In this document: positions 48,110 to 55,960 of the stretch, in pieces
Position numbering within the stretch: the stretch's first letter is position 1
How the letters are laid out: the number at the start of each line of letters is the position of its first letter
UHGV virus genome: UHGV-0293664
Direction: 5' to 3' (one strand)
Origin: a virus
DNA: 64,000 nucleotides
Notes under the pieces: model-generated
Database searches by the model: none
Seen by the model: the letters and a program-made list of their open reading frames with translations, nothing else
What the model was told of the DNA's origin: nothing
Position numbers and translations under genes: made by a program

Positions 48110-49335
48110 TGAGCGTTATTCAACAATTCGCTAACCCGATGAATCCGCGTGAAACTGTTTTACTGGCTCACGGCATGATTAAACGTGTCAGCATCAAGCC
48201 TATCAAGGGTGCTGATCCTACAACAGGTATTAAAACCACTGTGTGGCAAGGTAAGAAAATTGAATCCAGCCACACCATCTCTTTACTGATTTCTGAACTG
48301 GATTCCTCTGATAACCTGCTTCAAGGTGGTGAAGAAGTTTGGATCAGTATGGGTGATAAGCTGCTTAAACCTGGTCATCAAGACTCTGTCTCTGTTAAAA
48401 TTGATGACAAGTGGGAAACCGTAACGCCGGGATGGATCGTAAATATCCCTTTGAAGGCAAACGAGCATAAAGGTAAGACCTATTACAAAGGCTCACTGGC
48501 TAAGATGGTCAAGCTGGGTGCAGGAGAGGCTCCAGCAGCGACTCAGCAGCAAAAACAGCAACAAGGTGCACAATCACAAGGCCAGAAGCAGAAACCTCAG
48601 CAGAATGCCAATCAGGACGTTTTACGCATCTATGGTGATGTGACTCAGATTGTTGGCAACGTGGTTACTGTTAATGACCACAAGATTGGCGAAGGTGCTA
48701 TGGTTGTCACTGATGAGCAGCTTAAAGACCTGGTGGTAGGTGGTCGTGTTGCAGCCATTGTTGACAAAGACACCGGAAACATTATCAGTGGTTTCAAAGC
48801 CTACCCACCTAAGGAAGAGAACGGCACTCAAGGCTCTGGTGGCAAGCGTAAATCCTCTTACGACCCTATCGGTGTGGAAACGGGGCATAGCATCAATGCG
48901 TTGCAGATCATCCTGGATCGCGGGTTTAAGGTAGACGACCCACTGGGCGTGGCTAAAACACTGCACGTAGTCACCATTGAGCTTAAGAAAGAGTATGCTC
49001 AAGCCACCAACCGAACTGAAGATGAAGTAGGTGCCAGTGTCGGTAATGCGGTGTTGAACGCTTGTCGCCGTATTGACAAGAAAACGAAAGTTGATGATTT
49101 TGCAGCGGCAATTACTGCAGAAGCAAAAGATGTCTTGACTAATCTGGCTGAGCCGTTGTACGATTGGATCAAGAACGGTGCTGGGTCAACTGACCATCAA
49201 GAACCTCAGGCTGCCAAACAGGAAGCAGCTCCACAGCAAAACACTGTAGACGCTCCTCCTGTAAATGATGAGGAAGATGACCCAATGGATCAGAATCCAG
49301 CACAGTACGCCTTTGATGATGACATCCCTTTTTAA
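48109..49335 (+). CDS. Single-stranded DNA-binding protein-like
   Basis: 408 aa; Gln-rich linker; C-terminal DDDIPF matches the E. coli SSB tail tip. Confidence 0.55.
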   Translation: MSVIQQFANPMNPRETVLLAHGMIKRVSIKPIKGADPTTGIKTTVWQGKKIESSHTISLLISELDSSDNLLQGGEEVWISMGDKLLKPGHQDSVSVKIDDKWETVTPGWIVNIPLKANEHKGKTYYKGSLAKMVKLGAGEAPAATQQQKQQQGAQSQGQKQKPQQNANQDVLRIYGDVTQIVGNVVTVNDHKIGEGAMVVTDEQLKDLVVGGRVAAIVDKDTGNIISGFKAYPPKEENGTQGSGGKRKSSYDPIGVETGHSINALQIILDRGFKVDDPLGVAKTLHVVTIELKKEYAQATNRTEDEVGASVGNAVLNACRRIDKKTKVDDFAAAITAEAKDVLTNLAEPLYDWIKNGAGSTDHQEPQAAKQEAAPQQNTVDAPPVNDEEDDPMDQNPAQYAFDDDIPF

Positions 49336-49349
49336 CAATTAGTTAACAT

Positions 49350-49378
49350 AGCCCTGCCCGAAAGGGTGGGGCATTTTT
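49350..49378 (+). terminator. Rho-independent terminator
   Basis: CCCTGCCC-GAAA-GGGTGGGG hairpin then T-run; same as 38638. Confidence 0.75.
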
Positions 49379-49397
49379 GTACAAGGAGATCTGAAAA

Positions 49398-49814
49398 ATG
49401 ACATTAGAAGATATCATTGTTAAACCTGAGAACTATGACCAATACAACCTGTCAACTCAATCTGTAGACCTCGGATGCGCCACAGTCAGTGCATGGCTGG
49501 TTAACGGAAAAGAGCTTGACGAGTGCCTGGAAGCACACATGTCGGTGAATAAATTTCTTGATGAAAATACCCACTGGCTAGAGGGTGCAGGAGTATATGC
49601 TTCATGGTTGGAGAGTATGGGATTCGACTACCAATCTGAAGAGGGGTGGTGGAGCTATTTAGCTATCTGCCCAGAGACGCTGCAATGCTTCATGAAATAC
49701 TCTGAAGATTTGGAGTACCGGGCGGTGGTTGATAGTGCTATTGCCCGTTATAGCCGTAAACCTTTTTCCCACGACATTAAAACTGTGGAAGAATTTGTTG
49801 AAGTTTTCTGTTGA
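49398..49814 (+). CDS. Hypothetical protein
   Basis: 138 aa; AAGGAGA RBS. Confidence 0.5.
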   Translation: MTLEDIIVKPENYDQYNLSTQSVDLGCATVSAWLVNGKELDECLEAHMSVNKFLDENTHWLEGAGVYASWLESMGFDYQSEEGWWSYLAICPETLQCFMKYSEDLEYRAVVDSAIARYSRKPFSHDIKTVEEFVEVFC

Positions 49815-49910
49815 CACAGGTTGAAAGGCGTGCAATTATAACTTCATATAACGGGAGGACGCGATGAACGAAGAAAACTGGGATGTATAACTAACAGGAG
49901 GCCACTGCCC

Positions 49911-50108
49911 ATGATTTATCGAATCCGTGTAAGAGAAGATGCACCAGGCTGTTACTTTGACTGGCGTGGGTGGTGGTTTCTCCACCCGATGGATGGACTC
50001 ACAGATAGAATGCTGGATGCTGCCCTTTATACAGATACCGACATAGAATATAATCTCTATCTGAAGGACGGTATAGATAACGGTCTATTTGAAGCAATTC
50101 CTGTGTAA
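49911..50108 (+). CDS. Small hypothetical protein
   Basis: 65 aa; AGGAGG RBS. Confidence 0.45.
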   Translation: MIYRIRVREDAPGCYFDWRGWWFLHPMDGLTDRMLDAALYTDTDIEYNLYLKDGIDNGLFEAIPV

Positions 50109-50176
50109 GAGACTGTGATAGCCATGTTTTATGATCTTCCTGTAGCACCACCACCTGTTGAACCCGGAGAACTAAG

Positions 50177-50602
50177 ATGACCTATGAAATGCCAAAACTG
50201 ATTCGTGACGATGCCCAAAACGCCCACACCTTTATCATGGGCAAACGCATGGATATTATTTGTCATAAAGATTTCTGGGAAGGAAGTTACTTCACAGAGT
50301 ATTTTGGTAAACTGGACAATGGTCTGCTGATCCAGTTCTACACCGATGCGGAAAACAACATTCACTGGGAGTTCGAAACTGAAGATATCCATAAACTTTT
50401 CACCTTCCTCGGTATTAAGGTTGAGGCCAAGTTTGAAGAAGGTGAGTGCGACGATTGTGGATTCTATGAGGTAACAGATTTCTATCTCCCGAGTGGTGAG
50501 AACCTTTACTATGAAAGCCACTTCGGTAACTCCAATATGCCACAGTGCTGGACTGAGTTTTTTGAAATTGCGGAAGAGGAGCTGGCATACCGTGATTATT
50601 GA
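50177..50602 (+). CDS. Hypothetical protein
   Basis: 141 aa; GGAG RBS. Confidence 0.5.
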   Translation: MTYEMPKLIRDDAQNAHTFIMGKRMDIICHKDFWEGSYFTEYFGKLDNGLLIQFYTDAENNIHWEFETEDIHKLFTFLGIKVEAKFEEGECDDCGFYEVTDFYLPSGENLYYESHFGNSNMPQCWTEFFEIAEEELAYRDY

Positions 50603-51050
50603 TACTGTAGAGGGGGATTTAATCTCCCTTTTTAAGAGCGGTGCTGGTCACCTGATCCACGGTTGCAACTGCTTCCACACAATGGGCAAGGGGATAGCAA
50701 AACAGATCGCCCGTGAGTTCCCTCAAGCACTGGCAGCTGACAAAGAGACCAGACATGGTTGCCTAAGTAAACTGGGCGCGTTCTCAAGATGGGAGCACTT
50801 ATCTCCGATAGGTATTGTCTACGGAATAAATCTGTATACTCAGTTCTACCCAGGGCCTAATGCTGAATATTTCTCAATCCTGAAAGGCTTTGAGCGAGTC
50901 AATGAGGTATTCGAGGGATCGACTTTACCATTCTACATCCCTAAGATCGGGTGCGGCATAGGCGGTTTGAAGTGGGAACACGTAGAGGACGTTATTAACC
51001 TTGCCACTTTCGACATAGATATTGTCGTGGTGGAGTACAAAAAGTGTTGA
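50592..51050 (+). CDS. Macro-domain (ADP-ribose binding/processing) protein
   Basis: GTG start after GAGGAG; GAGHLIHGCNCFHTMGKGIAKQI and IGCGIGG resemble macro-domain glycine-rich motifs. Confidence 0.5.
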   Translation: MIIDTVEGDLISLFKSGAGHLIHGCNCFHTMGKGIAKQIAREFPQALAADKETRHGCLSKLGAFSRWEHLSPIGIVYGINLYTQFYPGPNAEYFSILKGFERVNEVFEGSTLPFYIPKIGCGIGGLKWEHVEDVINLATFDIDIVVVEYKKC

Positions 51051-51075
51051 CGACAATCTTCTGAGGTGATATAGT
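51047..51075 (+). promoter_or_regulatory. sigma70-like promoter
   Basis: TTGACG, 17-nt spacer, TATAGT. Confidence 0.55.
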
Positions 51076-51104
51076 TTCCACAACAACTAAGAGAGGAGAG
51101 CACT

Positions 51105-51275
51105 GTGGAGACTAAAATCTTAATTCTTGCTGTGGTAGATACAACCGAAGGAGCTATATTCGAATCTGCAGGAGGGTATTTCTACCTACCATACGGAAAA
51201 AGAACTTCCGAGCCAAGTAAAGATTCAATCCTCAAAGTGTTCCCGTGTGCTTTCTGGCTGGAGATTTTGGTATAA
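51105..51275 (+). CDS. Small hypothetical protein
   Basis: 56 aa ORF below track cutoff; GTG start after AAGAGAGGAGAG. Confidence 0.3.
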   Translation: METKILILAVVDTTEGAIFESAGGYFYLPYGKRTSEPSKDSILKVFPCAFWLEILV

Positions 51276-51301
51276 GATTGCAGAGGATTTGGGAGAGAAT
51301 T

Positions 51302-51496
51302 ATGAGAAACAAGAAAGAACTTTACTCTGGTGAGTGGATCAACGATCAACAGGTGGGAGAGGTAACCTGCTTCCGATGTTTTACCAGGTACAATCTTAAA
51401 ACTGCACCAAAAAGTGTTCCAAAGACTGACGGTTATTACATAAAAGAACCTCATTGCCCAAAATGTAAATGCCGATTGTACTGGAGCAATCTGTAA
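51302..51496 (+). CDS. Small zinc-ribbon protein
   Basis: 64 aa; CFRC...CPKCKC pattern; GGAG RBS. Confidence 0.45.
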   Translation: MRNKKELYSGEWINDQQVGEVTCFRCFTRYNLKTAPKSVPKTDGYYIKEPHCPKCKCRLYWSNL

Positions 51497-51500
51497 GAGG

Positions 51501-51529
51501 TTGACATCTGAAAACTGCAGTGTATAATA
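51501..51529 (+). promoter_or_regulatory. Consensus sigma70 promoter
   Basis: TTGACA, 17-nt spacer, TATAAT. Confidence 0.6.
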
Positions 51530-51762
51530 TACGCATAAACTAACAGAGAGCGATGTATTATGGTAATTTTTAACCGGGATGGTATCATAGTTAGACAGCA
51601 CCCGTTCCTTGAATACTATCAAATTGAGCAATGGTGCTACGGGGATTGCAGTCACTCCTATGGACAAAGTTGGGGGGTATCGCACAGTTTTTGAATCAAC
51701 AGATCTTGACAAAGTAAGACAGAAAGTTTTAGAACTTCTTAACAACAAGTGAGTATCGTGCC

Positions 51763-52095
51763 ATGGTAACATTGGAAAGACGTAAAGCTATCGCCGCCAC
51801 ACTGGCAGACATCTTTTGGGATTGCAACTTAAAAGATACCCGAAATTGTGGCGCATCTGTAGATGTATTATTCCCACGGCCCACCATTGTTGCAATGGGC
51901 AACCTGCTCGATGTGGTATATGGAGCATGGGACAAGGAAGGTGGATTCTATATCTGGCAACCTGACTACGGGACCTGGAAAGAGGTTAGTGGTTCTGCGG
52001 ACTTCACTCCTGCAGAGGCTAAAATGGATGGCTGGAAAATCTATGTCGGTAACGACATGGAACTGAAAGGCGAAATTGTTTACTGGTTACCTTAA
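51763..52095 (+). CDS. Hypothetical protein
   Basis: 110 aa; weak RBS. Confidence 0.45.
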   Translation: MVTLERRKAIAATLADIFWDCNLKDTRNCGASVDVLFPRPTIVAMGNLLDVVYGAWDKEGGFYIWQPDYGTWKEVSGSADFTPAEAKMDGWKIYVGNDMELKGEIVYWLP

Positions 52096-52115
52096 GAAAG
52101 TGCAGGAGATAAAGT

Positions 52116-52361
52116 ATGAACAAAGGGTGGACATTTGTAGACGGCGTTAAAAACATGCCTCTAGGAAAGTATATTGTAGCCATGGCAGATGAGAATGGCA
52201 AGGTGGATTTCGGAGTTTGCGAGGTTGTTCTTGCAGGATCTGGTGACTATGCTCACAAAACTGGGATAATTAACGGTCATTTCTACTTTGATTACAACCC
52301 TGTTGTGGCGTATATGGCTATGCCAGAGTTAGAGCTCCCAAAGGAGGGTGCAGATGTTTAA
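52116..52361 (+). CDS. Small protein, dispersed paralog family
   Basis: 81 aa; CAGGAGA RBS; ADENGKVDFGVC motif. Confidence 0.5.
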   Translation: MNKGWTFVDGVKNMPLGKYIVAMADENGKVDFGVCEVVLAGSGDYAHKTGIINGHFYFDYNPVVAYMAMPELELPKEGADV

Positions 52362-52551
52362 GCTTAAATCTGCATGGAACATCGCTGTGGGGGACGAGAT
52401 CCGTATCCCAGGTGGAAAGACCATTATGAAGATATCTCGTATCGAGTACGAAGGTGATCGTGTATTTCATATCTTTGCAGAAGATGGTCGAGAAATTTAT
52501 ATACAGGCAGGCTCTCACATCTATATCTGTAAGAAAGGGGACGACAAATGA
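52354..52551 (+). CDS. Small hypothetical protein
   Basis: 65 aa from ATG 52354 with AAGGAGGG RBS. Confidence 0.45.
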   Translation: MFKLKSAWNIAVGDEIRIPGGKTIMKISRIEYEGDRVFHIFAEDGREIYIQAGSHIYICKKGDDK

Positions 52552-52880
52552 CAGAGATCATCGTTTCAACTGCAGGGTATGTATTCCTGACAATCATTGC
52601 GTTGGCTATTCTGGTGGCGGTGTATGGATTTGTTATCCTGCCTATTCTTGAGACATTTAGTTTGTGTCGGTGTTGGAGAAAAGCTTACGGACCACAACCG
52701 TGGAAAGACTGGTTCCATTTGGTGCGTATAGCGTTCTCTTATGCCTATGACCACTCTAGCAGTGCATGCGTAACTGGGTACCATGCCTACAACTGGAACT
52801 GGGAAGGGCTGGGGAGATGGACTGTTACAAAAACTATACCCTTACGGTTGTACAAAGGAAAGAACACACTGGGAGCCTGA
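52548..52880 (+). CDS. Small membrane protein
   Basis: 110 aa; two N-terminal hydrophobic helices; ATGA overlap. Confidence 0.5.
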   Translation: MTEIIVSTAGYVFLTIIALAILVAVYGFVILPILETFSLCRCWRKAYGPQPWKDWFHLVRIAFSYAYDHSSSACVTGYHAYNWNWEGLGRWTVTKTIPLRLYKGKNTLGA

Positions 52881-52909
52881 TATTTTAAGTTATCAGGTTG
52901 CCAGAGATC

Positions 52910-52945
52910 AGGAGGATTTCTAAAATGGATTTCCTCCTTTTGATA
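52910..52945 (+). terminator. Possible terminator at operon end
   Basis: AGGAGGA...TCCTCCT stem with 15-nt loop then TTTTG. Confidence 0.35.
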
Positions 52946-53191
52946 TTTTACCTGCCAGGATATTTTAAAATCCTTAGAAAATCAGAAAATGGATCGAAAA
53001 CTAAAATGGATTTTTCAGGGCAGGCACGACGAGATGAACCACTCATCCTGTCGTTTGCACCATATTCCAGACCACCATTACAGATTTCCCGCACATGCTT
53101 ACATCCTTCTACTGGAACTTCCTCCGCTTGCCCTTGACCTTTTATGGTAATAATCCAACCACTATCTTGAAGTTGCGATGCAGCTTTTCAG

Positions 53192-53354
53192 GTACTCGAT
53201 CTGTTTTTCGTTTCAAAGATTGAATTTTCTGAAAATTTTTCTCGATAAATTTCTCAGTACTCGATCTGTTTTTCGTTTTCTGAATCGGATTTTCTGGAAA
53301 TCGTTCCGGCTCTCGACCTGAAATTTTTGGGGACGAAATCGATTTTTCGTTTTC
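53192..53354. repeat. Iteron-like direct repeats, three copies
   Basis: Repeat unit TCGATYTKTTTTTCGTTTTC at 53192-53214, 53257-53280 and 53334-53354 in AT-rich non-coding DNA. Confidence 0.7.
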
Positions 53355-53481
53355 AGAAATGGATTTTTAAAATTTCTATATGGGAATATTTTATGGGATA
53401 CTGTTTTATAGGAAATTGTTACGGAGGGTAATTAGCGTGCTAATTAAATTTATGAAATGCGAGGAGTTCTCATTTAGAATT

Positions 53482-53500
53482 TTGAATGATAATCATTCTC
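53482..53500. promoter_or_regulatory. Fur-box-like palindrome A
   Basis: TTGAATGATAATCATTCTC matches 15 of 19 positions of the E. coli Fur consensus; contains perfect palindrome GAATGAT-A-ATCATTC. Confidence 0.4.
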
Positions 53501-53514
53501 GTTTGCAGAATAAC

Positions 53515-53538
53515 GGGCACCCCCGGTGATTGTCTCCC
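53515..53538. repeat. GC-rich conserved element, copy 1
   Basis: GGGCACCCCCGGTGATTGTCTCCC; related copies at 53655 and, inverted, 62331. Confidence 0.6.
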
Positions 53539-53617
53539 GGCCCCTGTTGCCCCGGCTTGTTATTATAGTATCACACAGGACAAAGAAAGCAAGGACTTTT
53601 TGCATAAATTTTTAGAC

Positions 53618-53636
53618 GATAATGATAATCGTTCTC
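53618..53636. promoter_or_regulatory. Fur-box-like palindrome B
   Basis: GATAATGATAATCGTTCTC matches 17 of 19 positions of the Fur consensus. Confidence 0.5.
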
Positions 53637-53654
53637 ATTTCATGCAGCGCCCAT

Positions 53655-53692
53655 CCCCGGTGGTTGTCTCCCCCGTCACCGGTGCCTGCCGT
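53655..53692. repeat. GC-rich conserved element, copy 2
   Basis: CCCCGGTGGTTGTCTCCCCCGTCACCGGTGCCTGCCGT; reverse complement of 62331-62378 is near-identical. Confidence 0.6.
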
Positions 53693-53844
53693 CCTTTCGA
53701 TATGTATATTGTGCCACCTGGCGGGGCCGCTGTCAACACTTTTCAAAAAATTTTTCTAACCTGATGCGCTAACCGTTGCAACCTGGCGGGGCCAGCCTGG
53801 CAGGTCCGCGTTATAAAGTAAACAGCTACGGAAGAGGTACAAAA

Positions 53845-53994
53845 ATGAAAGGTAATGCTACTCGCCTGGAAAATGTAGTAATTGATGATACGGAAGCTAT
53901 CGCCCTGGTCGAGAAGGTTGAAACGGAAGCGCGGGAACATAAAGAAGAGTACGAAAAAATGGTAGTTAACCTGGCGGGGGCGATTCTATCATAA
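53845..53994 (+). CDS. Small hypothetical protein
   Basis: 49 aa from ATG 53845 with GAAGAGG RBS; first gene after the non-coding island. Confidence 0.4.
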   Translation: MKGNATRLENVVIDDTEAIALVEKVETEAREHKEEYEKMVVNLAGAILS

Positions 53995-54013
53995 AAATAA
54001 TTTAAAATAATCG

Positions 54014-54042
54014 TTGACAGCTCGGACAGCTATTGTTATTCT
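54014..54042 (+). promoter_or_regulatory. sigma70-like promoter
   Basis: TTGACA, 17-nt spacer, TATTCT. Confidence 0.5.
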
Positions 54043-54094
54043 TATCCTCGCAAGGTGAACAACACCACACCAATTAACAGAGAGGATAAAAATC

Positions 54095-54292
54095 ATGAAC
54101 GCCTACGGAATTAAAGTACGTCGCAACACCCGCCAGGTGGTCACCGATCAAATGGTTTGCCGGGTGGATGTAACCATCAACAACGGGCAAGGCCTTTATA
54201 AATTTCGTCGCGGTCATAGCTATACCCTGCAGCAGCTTAATCGTTGCGCCCTGACAAAAGGTCAGATCAACCACTGGTTTAATAAAAAATAA
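54095..54292 (+). CDS. Small basic protein
   Basis: 65 aa; GAGAGGA RBS. Confidence 0.5.
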   Translation: MNAYGIKVRRNTRQVVTDQMVCRVDVTINNGQGLYKFRRGHSYTLQQLNRCALTKGQINHWFNKK

Positions 54293-54295
54293 ATA

Positions 54296-54324
54296 TTGAC
54301 ATGTAGTCTGAAACAAAATATACT
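54296..54324 (+). promoter_or_regulatory. sigma70-like promoter
   Basis: TTGACA, 17-nt spacer, TATACT. Confidence 0.6.
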
Positions 54325-54356
54325 GAAAGCACAAAAGACACTAAGAGGATAAAATC

Positions 54357-54755
54357 ATGAAAACCACAACCTTTAATTTTGACAATGCTAACTTCTCTTT
54401 TTCTGATGTTAAAAGCTGCCGCCGTGATCGCGGATTCTACAAGGCCTATAATCTGGTTGTCTTGGACGATGATAATAATTTGCACGAAGTAGCGGAGATC
54501 CGGTACTATGCCGCCGCCAGCGGTAACACTCACTACTGTGTATTTTGGATTCACGACAACAAGAACAATAAGTACGGTTATACTGGCGGCAAGGCGAGCG
54601 GTCACGGTTATGATAAAGCCAACGCTGCACTTGAAAGCGCATTAAGTGCCATGGGAATCACTGCCGACGGCTGGATCTATGAAGAAGAGTTTTTGGCGGC
54701 ACTTGCTAACCGCTTGGGCTATAAAAAGCACATTGTAACGTGCGCCCACGAATAA
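54357..54755 (+). CDS. Hypothetical protein
   Basis: 132 aa; AAGAGGA RBS. Confidence 0.55.
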   Translation: MKTTTFNFDNANFSFSDVKSCRRDRGFYKAYNLVVLDDDNNLHEVAEIRYYAAASGNTHYCVFWIHDNKNNKYGYTGGKASGHGYDKANAALESALSAMGITADGWIYEEEFLAALANRLGYKKHIVTCAHE

Positions 54756-54768
54756 AAAAAAAAAATTA

Positions 54769-54796
54769 TTGACACGCTGCAAAATTAAAGTAAACT
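54769..54796 (+). promoter_or_regulatory. sigma70-like promoter
   Basis: TTGACA, 16-nt spacer, TAAACT; followed by GGCGGGAATATTTCCCGCC leader palindrome. Confidence 0.5.
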
Positions 54797-54844
54797 AGAC
54801 ACAAAAGGCGGGAATATTTCCCGCCAACACAAAGGAAAAAGATC

Positions 54845-55249
54845 ATGAATAAGAACGTACGCCGCATCATGAACGAGTTGGCAAACGATGAAAAAATTAT
54901 TGACATGCATTTGATCAACATTTGCCGCCGTTGTGTAACATATAACAACCGCGCCGCAAAAGCGCGTGAGATGAACGCAAAAGGTACCTTAAAGCCATTC
55001 CAGGTGGTGGTAAAGGCCATTAAAGATGTAACTAATACGGCAAACCAGGTACAGGGGAACACCAACGAGAGTACCAATATTGATCCGTCTTACGTAATGA
55101 AACGGATCCGGACTTGCAAGAATAAAGAGCAGGTGTATAACGTCATAGATTGGCTGGACTCCCTGGGTGATGTGGTTTACAATAGGTTTTCTGCAGCTAT
55201 CGAGATCCAGCTTGACAGATTAGACGGGAAAGTACTAAAAACTTATTGA
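54845..55249 (+). CDS. Hypothetical protein
   Basis: 134 aa; AAGGAAAAAG RBS. Confidence 0.55.
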   Translation: MNKNVRRIMNELANDEKIIDMHLINICRRCVTYNNRAAKAREMNAKGTLKPFQVVVKAIKDVTNTANQVQGNTNESTNIDPSYVMKRIRTCKNKEQVYNVIDWLDSLGDVVYNRFSAAIEIQLDRLDGKVLKTY

Positions 55250-55252
55250 GTT

Positions 55253-55297
55253 TATTTTTAGATGGCCTTGACTTCAGGGCCATCAATAAAGTAAACT
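55253..55297 (+). promoter_or_regulatory. Promoter with -35 inside palindromic operator, copy 1
   Basis: GATGGCC-TTGACT-N-GGCCATC then TAAACT; near-identical copies at 55875 and 59620. Confidence 0.6.
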
Positions 55298-55329
55298 AAC
55301 CACAATTGAGCGGAAAAGGAGGCTTAAAG

Positions 55330-55449
55330 ATGAGCACTACACGCCAGCACACAAAGGTAACTATTATCGTTTGCATCATTGGTTACATCCTGGCGCAAAT
55401 GTTGATGAGTAGCGCCAACAGTTTTGCAAAATTTTTCTTAAATTTTTAA
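55330..55449 (+). CDS. Small hydrophobic peptide
   Basis: 39 aa ORF below track cutoff; AAAGGAGG RBS; one predicted transmembrane helix. Confidence 0.4.
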   Translation: MSTTRQHTKVTIIVCIIGYILAQMLMSSANSFAKFFLNF

Positions 55450-55478
55450 TTGACAAGCTAACCCAAATCGGTATACTT
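55450..55478 (+). promoter_or_regulatory. sigma70-like promoter
   Basis: TTGACA, 16-17-nt spacer, TATACT; followed by GGGAAAACTTCCC leader palindrome. Confidence 0.55.
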
Positions 55479-55528
55479 AAACACGTAAACGGGAAAACTT
55501 CCCAAAACACACAAAAGGAGAAAACACC

Positions 55529-55870
55529 ATGACTACTATGACCGCCGAAGAAAAAGCCCTGCAGATCGCCGCTCTGAAAAAACAGATCGCAGACCTTGAG
55601 AATAAGATCGATAACTTTGAAATCGACGAGGACAAGTACGACGAAAACTATGATGAATGGCTAGACGAGGTTTATGGCGAAATTATGATCGGAAACATTT
55701 CTTTTCTTCCGTCGCGTATCCTCAAGGAGTTAGATCCTATCGCTTACCGCTGCGGATTTAGCGACTACATCGACAGCCTGGATATTGAGGACGATGAAGA
55801 GTACCAAGAATTGCAGACAGAGATTGAAGAAGTGAAAGAAGAGCTTTCAAAGCTGGAAGAAAACGAGTAA
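55529..55870 (+). CDS. Strongly acidic coiled-coil protein, candidate DNA mimic
   Basis: 113 aa; runs of Asp/Glu (IDEDKYDENYDEWLDE, DIEDDEEYQELQTEIEE). Confidence 0.55.
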   Translation: MTTMTAEEKALQIAALKKQIADLENKIDNFEIDEDKYDENYDEWLDEVYGEIMIGNISFLPSRILKELDPIAYRCGFSDYIDSLDIEDDEEYQELQTEIEEVKEELSKLEENE

Positions 55871-55874
55871 AATT

Positions 55875-55919
55875 TATTTTTAGATGGCCTTGACTCCAGG
55901 GCCATCAATAAAGTAAACT
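55875..55919 (+). promoter_or_regulatory. Promoter with -35 inside palindromic operator, copy 2
   Basis: Near-identical to 55253-55297. Confidence 0.6.
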
Positions 55920-55960
55920 TTATACTGTTAACACTGAACTACTGCAAAGGAGTTAAAACC

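Noticed and set aside
51182-51772. 196-aa minus-strand ORF
   Set aside because: Overlaps two plus-strand promoters and plus-strand small genes; translation is low-complexity.
52898-53137. 79-aa ORF in the six-frame track
   Set aside because: It lies across a terminator-like hairpin and the repeat-rich non-coding island, with no RBS.
53192-53354. Possible CRISPR array suggested by direct repeats
   Set aside because: Only three copies of about 20 nt with irregular 45-55-nt spacing and AT-rich composition; no leader or cas genes; better explained as iterons.
53486-53764. 92-aa ORF in the six-frame track
   Set aside because: It spans both Fur-box/GC-element repeat units and runs into a promoter region, with no RBS and low-complexity Pro/Gly-rich translation; likely non-coding.
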